This document shows positions 1 to 9,509 of a DNA stretch of 64,000 bases, piece by piece. The notes beneath the pieces are model-generated. The model did not search any database, had not been told where the DNA came from, and saw only the letters and a list, made by a program, of their open reading frames with translations. Each line of letters begins with the position of its first letter. Within the stretch, counting starts at the first letter, position 1. Where the stretch lies: assembly GCA_963674825.1 (NCBI GenBank), contig OY771587.1, forward strand, positions 2,048,001 through 2,112,000, written 5' to 3'. Made by a program: the position numbers and the translations under genes. This DNA comes from Candidatus Cloacimonadales bacterium (GTDB lineage Bacteria; Cloacimonadota; Cloacimonadia; Cloacimonadales; JAIOQZ01).

Positions 1-25
1 GGGGAAATGAATTACCGGGGTTGCC

Positions 26-3000
26 ATGGCTTTTGTACATCTGCATAATCACACGCAATATAGTATGCTCGACGGCGCATGCCGTACAGATAAAATCGTA
101 GGACTCGCGAAACAATACGAGATGCCCGCTGTAGCGATGACCGATCACGGAAACATGTTCGGTACCATCGATTTCTTTATGAAGGCGAAAAAGGCGGGTA
201 TCAAGCCCATTATCGGCATGGAAGCGTATATCGTGAATGGCGAGTTGGAAGATCCCAAGACCAAGAACGATCATCGCCATCATCTGGTCCTACTGGTTCA
301 GAACATCGCAGGCTACCACAACCTGATGAAGCTTTCATCCATATCCTTCACCGATGGTTTCTATTACAAGCCTCGCATTAGCAAGTCCCTCCTCAAAAAG
401 CATTCCGAAGGCCTTATCTGTCTCTCGGCCTGTCTGCATGGCGAAATCCCTTATCTGCTTCTCGAAGGAAAAAAAGACGAAGCGCTCGAAGCGATTGAAT
501 GGTACAAGGGAATCTTCCCGGATCGTTTCTACATCGAGCTGATGGATCATGGTCTCGAGGACGAGCGCAAGGTAAAGAGCCGTCTGATCGAGATTGCGCG
601 CGAGACCGATACGCCGATGGTCGTCACCAACGACTGCCATTATCTCAAGAAAGAAGATGCCGAAGCGCACGATGTGCTGCTCTGCATCCAGACGGGGAAA
701 TCGCTGGGTGATCCCAACCGTATGCGCTACGAAACGACGCAGCTCTATTTCAAGACCGAAGAGGAGATGCGCAAACTTTTCCCGGATGTCCCCGAAGCTT
801 ACGACAACACGGTCAAAATCGCAGAAACGATCGATTTCGACCTGCCCTACAAGGATTTTCTATTTCCTAAGATCGACATCCCCGAAGAATACAAGGATAG
901 CTACGAATATTTTCGCGCGCTGGTCTACAAAGGAACCGAAAAACGCTATTCTGAACTCACCGATGAGGTGAAAGAGCGTATCGAATTCGAAATCGACGTT
1001 ATCCACCGCATGGGGTACGTTGATTATTTCCTGATCGTGAAAGACTTTATCGACGCCGCACGTGACCGTGGTATTCCGGTTGGCCCGGGTCGTGGTTCCG
1101 CTGCAGGAAGTATCGTCGCCTACCTCCTTGATATCACGCAACTCGATCCGCTCGAGTATGGCTTGCTGTTCGAACGTTTCCTCGATCTCAAGCGTGTCGG
1201 AATGCCCGATATCGATATTGACTTCTGCGCGGAAGGTCGCGGCGAAGTCATAAACTACGTTATCGAGAAGTACGGACGTAACGCGGTAACGCAGATTGTG
1301 ACCTTCACCACGCTGGGTGCGAGGTCGGTCATCAAGGATGTCGCGCGTGTGTTGGATATCCCGGCTGCGGAAGCGAACCTGATTACCAAGAAGATGCCAC
1401 TCGGTCCCAAAGTGACGATCGAATCGTCGATCAAGGATTCGACGGAATTTGCAGAGCTCATGAACAGCCGTGAAGATTACCGGAATGTGCTGAAATATAG
1501 CCAGGTACTGGAAGGCCTTGTACGACAGATCGGAGTCCACGCTGCGGGTGTGGTGATTGGTCCCGGTGACCTCTCGGATTATGTTCCGCTGGCTGTCAGC
1601 AGCCAGAAAGACGGTCCCCAGGCCTTGCTCGTGCAATACGAGGGCAAGTGGCTGGATGACCTCAAGCTGCTCAAGATGGACTTCCTCGGGCTCAAGACAC
1701 TGACCATCATACATCGAGCTGTTAGCCTGATCAAAGATTTCAAGGGTGTGGATGTCGATATCGACAATGTTTCACTGGATGACGAGAAGGCCTACGAACT
1801 GCTTTCCAACGGCCAGACAGACGGTATCTTCCAGTTTGAATCAGCCGGTATGAAAAAGTACCTGCAAGAGCTTAAACCGAACGTCTTTGCCGATCTGGTC
1901 GCAATGGTCGCGCTCTATCGTCCCGGCCCCATGCAGTTCATCGATACCTTTATCAATCGTAAACATGGCCGTGAGAAGGTCGTTTACGATCATCCGCTTG
2001 CCGAAGCAATTCTCAAGGAGACTTACGGTGTCACCGTTTATCAGGAACAGGTGATGCAGATCGCCAAGGTAATGGCTGGATTCCCCAGCGCCGAGGCGGG
2101 TGTTCTTCGGAAGGCGATCAGTAAGAAAAAACGCGACATGATGGAAGAGCTGCACGTCAAGTTTCGCGACGGATGTGTGAAGAACGGCGTGAAGGCTGAA
2201 GTCGCCGACAAGATCTGGGTCGATTGGGAAGGATTCGCGAACTACGCGTTCAATAAGAGTCACTCGGCCTGTTACGCCTATATCGCGTACCAGACCGCCT
2301 GGCTCAAGGCGCACTACCCGGTCGAGTTCATGACCGCGATCCTCTCCGTGGAAGACGATCCCGCGAAGATCCCTTATTTCCTCGACGAATGCAAGAAGAT
2401 GCGTATCGAGGTGATTCCTCCCGACATCAATAAAAGCGAAGAGGCGTTTTCGGTTGAGGATAACAAGATTTTGTTCGGTTTGCGAGGCATCAAGAATGTT
2501 GGTTCCGCCGCGATCAATGCCATTGTAAGCGAGCGTAAAAAAGATGGCCCGTTCAAGACGATCTTCGAATTTTGTACACGAGTCGATACGATGGCGGTCA
2601 ATCGCTCGGTGATCGAGAGTCTTATATGCGCTGGCGCTATGGATTGTCTGGAAGGAACCCGTTCCCAGAAGGTTGCGGTGATCGAGGAAGCGCTCAACCA
2701 CGGCAACGTCGTTCAGCAGGAACGTAACAGTGCGCAGATCAACCTGTTCGATGTGATGTCCGACACCATGAAGGCCGATGAGCACGAACCGCAATTGCCA
2801 CAGAATGCTCCCGACTGGACGCTCAGCTACAAGCTCGAGCAGGAGAAGAAGTATCTTGGATTTTACATCTCCGGGCATCCACTGATGCAACATAAGCCGA
2901 TTCTAGAGCTTTATGCCAATGTCAATACACGCGATTTCTCAAGCAAAGAGAATGGCGGATATATAAAAATTGCTGGGATTGCCACCGATATTCAGGTACG

Positions 3001-3481
3001 AACTGACCGCAATGGCAATCCGTATTCATATATTACATTCGAGGACCTTTACGGTAAGTTCGAACTTGGTCTTTTCTCGGATGATTACGTGAGATTCCAT
3101 CATACAATCCACCCCGGCAAAGAATACCTCGTCGTTGGCAGAAGAAAAAACGGCAACGGCCAGGATGAGTCAAAATTAAGGATTTATCCGAAACGCATAA
3201 TTGCGCTCGAAGAGCTGCCCAGAGAAGCTGGAGAGCTCGAAATGCACCTCGAACAAGAAGGTGCTGGTAAGAACCTTGCAGAAATATTACTTGATCAAAA
3301 AGTGAAAAATCCGGGAAATGTCAAGATGCGGTTTTGCGTACATACGAAGAAGTTCAGAGAGCTGGTAATATCTGTGCCGGATTCGCTGACGTTCTTCCCG
3401 AGTGGAGAGTTTATGAAGAGTGTCGAACCATACCTGAAAAGAAAGCCATGCGTGGTTCTCGATTTTGAGAAGAGTCGATAG
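26..3481 (+). CDS. dnaE: DNA polymerase III alpha subunit
   Basis: PHP domain (HLHNHTQYS..DG, TDHGN), GPGRGSAAGS, PDIDIDF catalytic motif, YAFNKSH, C-terminal OB fold. Confidence 0.98.
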   Translation: MAFVHLHNHTQYSMLDGACRTDKIVGLAKQYEMPAVAMTDHGNMFGTIDFFMKAKKAGIKPIIGMEAYIVNGELEDPKTKNDHRHHLVLLVQNIAGYHNLMKLSSISFTDGFYYKPRISKSLLKKHSEGLICLSACLHGEIPYLLLEGKKDEALEAIEWYKGIFPDRFYIELMDHGLEDERKVKSRLIEIARETDTPMVVTNDCHYLKKEDAEAHDVLLCIQTGKSLGDPNRMRYETTQLYFKTEEEMRKLFPDVPEAYDNTVKIAETIDFDLPYKDFLFPKIDIPEEYKDSYEYFRALVYKGTEKRYSELTDEVKERIEFEIDVIHRMGYVDYFLIVKDFIDAARDRGIPVGPGRGSAAGSIVAYLLDITQLDPLEYGLLFERFLDLKRVGMPDIDIDFCAEGRGEVINYVIEKYGRNAVTQIVTFTTLGARSVIKDVARVLDIPAAEANLITKKMPLGPKVTIESSIKDSTEFAELMNSREDYRNVLKYSQVLEGLVRQIGVHAAGVVIGPGDLSDYVPLAVSSQKDGPQALLVQYEGKWLDDLKLLKMDFLGLKTLTIIHRAVSLIKDFKGVDVDIDNVSLDDEKAYELLSNGQTDGIFQFESAGMKKYLQELKPNVFADLVAMVALYRPGPMQFIDTFINRKHGREKVVYDHPLAEAILKETYGVTVYQEQVMQIAKVMAGFPSAEAGVLRKAISKKKRDMMEELHVKFRDGCVKNGVKAEVADKIWVDWEGFANYAFNKSHSACYAYIAYQTAWLKAHYPVEFMTAILSVEDDPAKIPYFLDECKKMRIEVIPPDINKSEEAFSVEDNKILFGLRGIKNVGSAAINAIVSERKKDGPFKTIFEFCTRVDTMAVNRSVIESLICAGAMDCLEGTRSQKVAVIEEALNHGNVVQQERNSAQINLFDVMSDTMKADEHEPQLPQNAPDWTLSYKLEQEKKYLGFYISGHPLMQHKPILELYANVNTRDFSSKENGGYIKIAGIATDIQVRTDRNGNPYSYITFEDLYGKFELGLFSDDYVRFHHTIHPGKEYLVVGRRKNGNGQDESKLRIYPKRIIALEELPREAGELEMHLEQEGAGKNLAEILLDQKVKNPGNVKMRFCVHTKKFRELVISVPDSLTFFPSGEFMKSVEPYLKRKPCVVLDFEKSR

Positions 3482-4601
3482 CAGGGTAATCCTGATCGTT
3501 GCGCTTTGGCTATCGAGCCTGGCGCTTGCTGCCTTGGCGTTGCAGCACGAGCATGTTGGCGATTCAAGCTATTTCACACTGTTTATACCCTACGAGAATC
3601 TGTATTTCCAGCCTCGTGACTCGGTATATTTCTGCAAAACAGAGATTGACCTAACTCTGCTCGGACAGGATAACAGGTCAATCTATCACAACCTTTCCAC
3701 TTTCAAGATCGAGATTCCGGACAACAGCCTCATACGCTACAGGGCTTACCCAATCGTTTTCCGTCTCGGGATTATCGACGAACCCATCGAGGCGTATCTC
3801 AAGATTACCAACTTACAACAGGGAACCCGGCAGCAGGAGACCTTCACTTTGACTCCACCCTATCCCGTACGCAATCAGACGGCCCCTCTTTATCTCTTTC
3901 AGAAAGGTGATAATCGCTTTGTGACACAATTTCCCTTCAACGGTGCGCTAGCGGATTCCGTGACGGTTGTCCAACACTTCGGGACGGTACCGGATAGCCT
4001 GAGCATCGTGGTGGAAGATCGCGTTGTTTGGAGATGGGACGACCCCTCGAACAATCTTTCGGTGACGCTTCCATTGGAAAATCGTATCTATCATGGGATC
4101 AGTGTTCGATCATTTTATGGAAGGCAGTCCGTGAGCAGCCATGACCACGAGCGATTCTTCTCCGAGTACGACGCACGATATACGCCCGAGGAGCAGATCC
4201 GACAGATGGAGATCATCATGCTCAGCGCCGATATACAGCAGGCGCGCATGGTGCATAACAGAGATCTCGAAGAATACATCGACTTATACTGGAAGCGAAA
4301 CGATCCAACACCGGATACGGCATACAATGAAAATTACGAGATATTCATTCACCGGATAATGGAGACTGATAAGCGATTCAGCCTGAAAGGATTCATACCT
4401 GGCTGGAAAACAGATCAGGGCAAGATTCTGATAAAATATGGAGAACCGGAGGAAGAATTCAAGGAACAATTCCCGACCGAAGTGCTTTATCCCTATATAA
4501 TCTGGTATTATTACACGATCGACAAAAGATTTGTCTTCTACGACAAGAAGGGGTTTGGATATTATGAACTTGCTGAAAAATGGTACATCGACCGCGATTA
4601 A
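3465..4601 (+). CDS. GWxTD domain-containing secreted protein
   Basis: Signal peptide; YWKRNDPTPDTAYNE...GWKTDQGKILIKYGEP motif; TTG start overlaps the dnaE end. Confidence 0.85.
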   Translation: MRRVDSRVILIVALWLSSLALAALALQHEHVGDSSYFTLFIPYENLYFQPRDSVYFCKTEIDLTLLGQDNRSIYHNLSTFKIEIPDNSLIRYRAYPIVFRLGIIDEPIEAYLKITNLQQGTRQQETFTLTPPYPVRNQTAPLYLFQKGDNRFVTQFPFNGALADSVTVVQHFGTVPDSLSIVVEDRVVWRWDDPSNNLSVTLPLENRIYHGISVRSFYGRQSVSSHDHERFFSEYDARYTPEEQIRQMEIIMLSADIQQARMVHNRDLEEYIDLYWKRNDPTPDTAYNENYEIFIHRIMETDKRFSLKGFIPGWKTDQGKILIKYGEPEEEFKEQFPTEVLYPYIIWYYYTIDKRFVFYDKKGFGYYELAEKWYIDRD

Positions 4602-5931
4602 ATTCGCTCTGCTGACAATTGTATTGCTTGTCAGTGTTGCCGCCAATGCGGATGAATTGAATCTGTATATCACAACGACCCGTTTTATGGACGATGCTGG
4701 TAACACCATCTTCGATATCGTTTACAAAATCCCATACAACCAGCTCGAATTCGTTCAGGTAGAAGATCGTTTCGAGGCGAACATCCGTATCGCAGCAGTG
4801 ATCGAACAGGGTGAGAAGCGCGTGCTGTGGAAACAGTTCGACAACCCGGTAGTCACCTTCGATCGTCAGAAGATGGCATCCAGCGGTGAATACTACATGG
4901 ACAAGATTTCTCTTACGCTGAGCAAAGAGATGCTCATCGAGCTCAACTTCATCGATTCGACGTCGAATAAAACAGCGCAATACAGAAAAGACCTCAAGCT
5001 GTTACAGGCTGGAACGAATCTGAGCGACATCGAGTTTTCCACGCAGGTAATGGTTGATACCGAACACCGGTTCGTTAAATTCTGCCGTGGCGATTCGCTC
5101 TACTTCGTGTCGCCCGATCGAATTTTCAATCTGCAGAACTATTCGGCGATGTATCTCTATTATGAGATTATGAATCTTCAGCCATCCGATCAGGGAATAT
5201 CAAACTACGAAGAAACAGTCACTGTCTTTAAAGGCGAACTAAACTATCGCCAGACAACGAATAACGAATACGTTGAAGGCACGAAGAAGAATGTTACACG
5301 CAGAATCGACCTGTCCAGTTATAAATCGGGTAAATACGAGATCGAAGTAAAGATATGGGATATGATTTCCGGAAGAGAAACGTCCCGTCGCGAATCGTTC
5401 ATCGTACGCGCCAGTGATAAGACAAAATACCGTTTCTTCACCGATATTGAGGATGAATTCCTGCTTATCAAGACCTTCCTACCGGTTACAGAGGCAAAGG
5501 TCTGGGACACGCTGAGTCCGTCTGCTAAAGATCAATACATCGATACATTCTGGCGGGTGAACGATCCGGATCCGGATACTGACGAGAACGAGTTTTTCAA
5601 GCTTGTCCAGGAGCGTGTAAGCTTTGCAAACGAGCATTATTCGCGGTTTGACGATGGCTGGAAGAGCGATCGTGGCCGGATTTACATCCGCAATGGATCT
5701 CCTGCAGAAAGATATACTGATTTCACCGATCCCTCACAGACTCGCTTTGCCAGCAAGGAATACCTGATCTGGAAATTCGATCAGCCCGAACATCGCGTTT
5801 ATTTGTTCATTGACAACATGAACAACGGCGATTTCCGGCTGGTGTATGTTGATAACGACGACAAAGAGCAGACCCTTCCATCATGGCAGAAATACTTCGG
5901 AAATGATTTCGACGAATCACTCCTGCAGTAA
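4564..5931 (+). CDS. GWxTD domain-containing secreted protein (GWKSD variant)
   Basis: Signal peptide; FWRVNDPDPDTDENE...GWKSDRGRIYIRNGSP; start set at ATG 4564. Confidence 0.85.
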   Translation: MNLLKNGTSTAIKFALLTIVLLVSVAANADELNLYITTTRFMDDAGNTIFDIVYKIPYNQLEFVQVEDRFEANIRIAAVIEQGEKRVLWKQFDNPVVTFDRQKMASSGEYYMDKISLTLSKEMLIELNFIDSTSNKTAQYRKDLKLLQAGTNLSDIEFSTQVMVDTEHRFVKFCRGDSLYFVSPDRIFNLQNYSAMYLYYEIMNLQPSDQGISNYEETVTVFKGELNYRQTTNNEYVEGTKKNVTRRIDLSSYKSGKYEIEVKIWDMISGRETSRRESFIVRASDKTKYRFFTDIEDEFLLIKTFLPVTEAKVWDTLSPSAKDQYIDTFWRVNDPDPDTDENEFFKLVQERVSFANEHYSRFDDGWKSDRGRIYIRNGSPAERYTDFTDPSQTRFASKEYLIWKFDQPEHRVYLFIDNMNNGDFRLVYVDNDDKEQTLPSWQKYFGNDFDESLLQ

Positions 5932-6291
5932 GTCACCACGAAAAGCGTCTTCCAGGTGCTCTATCTGAAATTGCTCATTCCTGGCGGGGACGATTCCGAT
6001 AATATCAAATCGGACGAGCCTGTCCTCAAGTTCCGGGTGGCTTTGAAGATAGAGCGCTGCTGTCTTCAGGATTTTACGCTGTTTCGATCTTGATACGCTT
6101 GAAAAAGCGTTTTCCAGACTGTTTTTTCTTGCTTTTACCTCGACGAATATAATAATATGGTCTCCCATTTCGGCGATGATGTCGATTTCGCCGTACTGGA
6201 CGCGGAAATTTCTTTCCAGGATCGTAAATCCTCTGTGTTGCAAGAAAGAAACAGCGAGCTGTTCCATAGCGGGGCCTGATATTTTAAACAT
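5917..6291 (-). CDS. yraN: YraN family (UPF0102) protein
   Basis: ILERNFR..GEIDIIA..FVEVKAR..RFDII motifs. Confidence 0.9.
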   Translation of the reverse strand: MFKISGPAMEQLAVSFLQHRGFTILERNFRVQYGEIDIIAEMGDHIIIFVEVKARKNSLENAFSSVSRSKQRKILKTAALYLQSHPELEDRLVRFDIIGIVPARNEQFQIEHLEDAFRGDLLQE

Positions 6292-6428
6292 GGAGTAAAA
6301 AAATAACTTGACTATCCGCTGTCAAATTTTAAAAGTTATGTTGGTTCAATGGGAGAAACCCGCATGGGGTTTTCCTGTAAAGACTTAGAGATTATAAAAG
6401 TGAATAAATGAATCCAGGAGGTTATGGA

Positions 6429-7469
6429 ATGAAAGCAAGAAATCTCGTTTTCTTGACTGTGTTGGTTTTTCTTTTAGCCGGTAGCCTGAATGCTGTGCCC
6501 TACACATGCCTCGGCTATATGAAGGTGCCCACTGGCTACGTGCTTCCTCATCTTATGGGTGAGATCTCCATCGTTGGTTACGCTGGTCCCGGCGTACAGG
6601 AATATGATACCGTGAAAAATTCATCCGGTGTTGATATCCCCGTCAGCAAAGACGCTGATATGCAGTTCACATATTCTGCAGCGATTAACTATGGCTTTTT
6701 TGATCGCGTAGATCTGGGACTGGTTTACGCTGGCGTGGGCGACGGTATGTTCTATGCAAACATGAAAGCCCAGCTTATTTACGAATCGGAAACGATGCCC
6801 GCTGTTGCAGTCGGTGTGGACAACATGTTCTCCGAATTCAAGGACAGCTATCGCGATGACGATTCGGAAGCTTACACAGATCGTCTCGACTTCGGTTATG
6901 CTGATCCGGACGACTACACTGCCTGGTCCCCCTATATTGTGCTTTCGAAAGCCACGATCCTTCGCGGCGTGTCTGTATTCGAACAGCTCGAGACCGTGAT
7001 TACCGTTGGTTGGGGCCAGAATCGCTTCGAAGGTAACAAGGCAATCTCCAAGCGTCTCGGTGGTATGTTCGGCGCTGTTGAATTCAAGCCGCTTCCTTAC
7101 CTCTCAGTTATCGGTGAAATGGACGGCTACAACTTCAACGCCACACTGAATTTTATCTATCAGAATTACGAAGCTCGCGTGGGTCTCTATCGTATCGAAG
7201 AATACGGACAGCGTGACCCCAAGATCGCACTTAACCTGAAATACACGCTCGATGCGTTCTCGGAAGTGAAAGCGGCAGGAAAGAACAAACGCTACAGCCC
7301 GACTGCTGAGATTGTTCCTGATCGCCGTGGTACCCGTGTGATTCGCAAGAGTAACGAATCATCCACCGGCGAGAACCCCCTTCTTGAAGAACTGGAAGCT
7401 ATTCGTGCAAAACGTCGCCAAGCGGAGAAAGAACTGGAAGAAATAAGAAAAGTGCTTGAAGAAGAGTAA
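6429..7469 (+). CDS. Putative outer-membrane beta-barrel (YjbH-like) with C-terminal coiled coil
   Basis: AGGAGG RBS; signal peptide; GYMKVPTGYVL N-terminal motif, alternating aromatic strands, PAVAVGV; C-terminal ELEAIRAKRRQAEKELEEIRK helix. Confidence 0.6.
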   Translation: MKARNLVFLTVLVFLLAGSLNAVPYTCLGYMKVPTGYVLPHLMGEISIVGYAGPGVQEYDTVKNSSGVDIPVSKDADMQFTYSAAINYGFFDRVDLGLVYAGVGDGMFYANMKAQLIYESETMPAVAVGVDNMFSEFKDSYRDDDSEAYTDRLDFGYADPDDYTAWSPYIVLSKATILRGVSVFEQLETVITVGWGQNRFEGNKAISKRLGGMFGAVEFKPLPYLSVIGEMDGYNFNATLNFIYQNYEARVGLYRIEEYGQRDPKIALNLKYTLDAFSEVKAAGKNKRYSPTAEIVPDRRGTRVIRKSNESSTGENPLLEELEAIRAKRRQAEKELEEIRKVLEEE

Positions 7470-7471
7470 TT

Positions 7472-9505
7472 ATGAAAAATCATATTCTCCTGATTGCGAT
7501 ACTTCTTGCATTGCTTTTGTGTCTTCCCGCTCTGCATGCGCAGGACGTTTACGATGATGAAGAAGTGCCTGTTGAGCTCCTCGTACAAGATGAGCAAGAG
7601 GCACTGGAAGACCTTTACAGCGAGATAGGACATCTTCGGGAGCTTGCCACTCGCAAGAAAGAACTCCGGACAGCTAGTGAGAACGGTAACAACAACGCCG
7701 TGCGTGCAGCCTTCATTAGTGACAGACAAACACTTCAAACCTTCCTGGACGAAGGTGATTACGCTGGTGCGCTGAATAAGTACATCGATCTCGCAATGAT
7801 CTACCAGGGCTTCGGTTTTCTGGATGATCAGCTTCTTTATTTCGAGGGTGTTATATACTACGGATACGGTCGCAAGGTACGTGCTCAAAGTATCTTCGAG
7901 CGTATGGTCGGAAAATACCCCGATTCAATCTATTTCGCTGAAGCAATTGGATATCTTGAAGACCTGTATATTCACTCCGGTATGGATGAGGAGTTTCTTG
8001 CTGTTGCAGCGAGAAATCCGAATCAGGATGCTCCAAAGCACATCTACTGGATGGGACAGGCCAATTATAACGTCGGCAATCTCGAAAATGCCGAAAACAT
8101 GTTTACAACTCTGACCGACGATCCTGAATATGGCTTCCGCAGCAAATGCATGCTGAGCATGATCGGATATTACAACTTCGGTCTCGAGTACGCCATCGAA
8201 AGCTTTCTTAATTTGATGATCGACAACCAGCCCGATACGCCGTACTTCGATTTTGTCTATCTGTCACTGGCACGCCTTTATCAGGAGCGTCAGGATTACG
8301 ATAAAGCGCAGTACTGCTACGATCAATATCTGGCGATCACCGAACGCCCTATGACGGATGAGCTCCGCTATGAAATGGTTGTGCTCTTCCTCAAGGTTGG
8401 GGATTTCGAAACGGCGAATCAATACTTGCGCGAAATCGTGGATAATTCCACTTCTGCCGCATATTTCACCTCGGCAAGCTATCTTCTTACGATCGTGAAC
8501 ATGGAAATGGGAAACCTGGACGAGGCACGTGAGAATATTAACGAAGCACTCGCAACGACATCTCAGATCCTCGAGGCGATCAATATCAAGAATGAGCTCA
8601 TGAATCGGCATCAAAGCCTGATGAATCAGTATAAAAATGCCGTTTCTTCCGAGATGAAAACAAACCTCCTGAACCAGATGCGCAGGGTGAACGAGCAGAT
8701 TATCGCGACAAGTAATGTTCTCGAGAACCTCAGCGTTGGTCTTACCGAAGAGGACTATCTGCGTCTTCAGATTTACGAAGAGGAACTTGCTTATTACAAC
8801 GAAACCTTCGAGCGGATCAATCTTCTGACCAAGATTGCAAACACGAAGTCGAATAAGAAAGTTCCAAAACGTATCGACGACAAGGTGGAAATCCTCGACG
8901 AATACGCGATCCGTATCAACACCCTACAGTTACTCTCAAATATGCAGCAGCTGAACCCGGGCGAATACGAGATGGCTTATGTGATCGCAAGCGAAACTTA
9001 CGATTCGCAGAAAACCCTTGATAAATGGCGTGAAATCAAACAGGAAGCTCAGGCTAAAGGTATGATGGATGTAGTCGACAAGGCTAACCGTGCGATTCAA
9101 CTGCTGGAAGAGAATATTAGTTCTCTTGCGACAGTTTCGATGTATACATTCGGGGAGTTACGCACCAATACCGATATCCAGCAGGAACTTGCAGCCGAGA
9201 TCGAGAATATCGATCGCCTGAAGAACGAGTTCCAGGATATTCGCGAGCAAACTGTCCGCGAATACAATAAGAAACTCGCGGTCAGGTTGAAACGACTTGA
9301 CAACCTCCTGGTCGAAGAAAACAGCTCGATGAAACAACGGTACGAAAACTTCCTGACATCACTTGAAGCCGGCGTAGAAGACACTTCAGCCAAATACCGC
9401 TATACGCTCGTCGATATTCTTTATCGGGAATCGATGTTATTGGATCAGGAATATAGAGACAAACAAGCCGAGTACAAACAAAGTTTGAATAACTCCGGGG
9501 AATAG
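7472..9505 (+). CDS. Secreted TPR/coiled-coil protein
   Basis: Signal peptide, TPR-like helices (YWMGQANYNVG, YLSLARLYQE), long coiled-coil C-terminus. Confidence 0.75.
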   Translation: MKNHILLIAILLALLLCLPALHAQDVYDDEEVPVELLVQDEQEALEDLYSEIGHLRELATRKKELRTASENGNNNAVRAAFISDRQTLQTFLDEGDYAGALNKYIDLAMIYQGFGFLDDQLLYFEGVIYYGYGRKVRAQSIFERMVGKYPDSIYFAEAIGYLEDLYIHSGMDEEFLAVAARNPNQDAPKHIYWMGQANYNVGNLENAENMFTTLTDDPEYGFRSKCMLSMIGYYNFGLEYAIESFLNLMIDNQPDTPYFDFVYLSLARLYQERQDYDKAQYCYDQYLAITERPMTDELRYEMVVLFLKVGDFETANQYLREIVDNSTSAAYFTSASYLLTIVNMEMGNLDEARENINEALATTSQILEAINIKNELMNRHQSLMNQYKNAVSSEMKTNLLNQMRRVNEQIIATSNVLENLSVGLTEEDYLRLQIYEEELAYYNETFERINLLTKIANTKSNKKVPKRIDDKVEILDEYAIRINTLQLLSNMQQLNPGEYEMAYVIASETYDSQKTLDKWREIKQEAQAKGMMDVVDKANRAIQLLEENISSLATVSMYTFGELRTNTDIQQELAAEIENIDRLKNEFQDIREQTVREYNKKLAVRLKRLDNLLVEENSSMKQRYENFLTSLEAGVEDTSAKYRYTLVDILYRESMLLDQEYRDKQAEYKQSLNNSGE

Positions 9506-9509
9506 TTAC

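Noticed and set aside
26..3481. Possible intein or split in dnaE
   Set aside because: Normal length and continuous motifs; no intein signature seen
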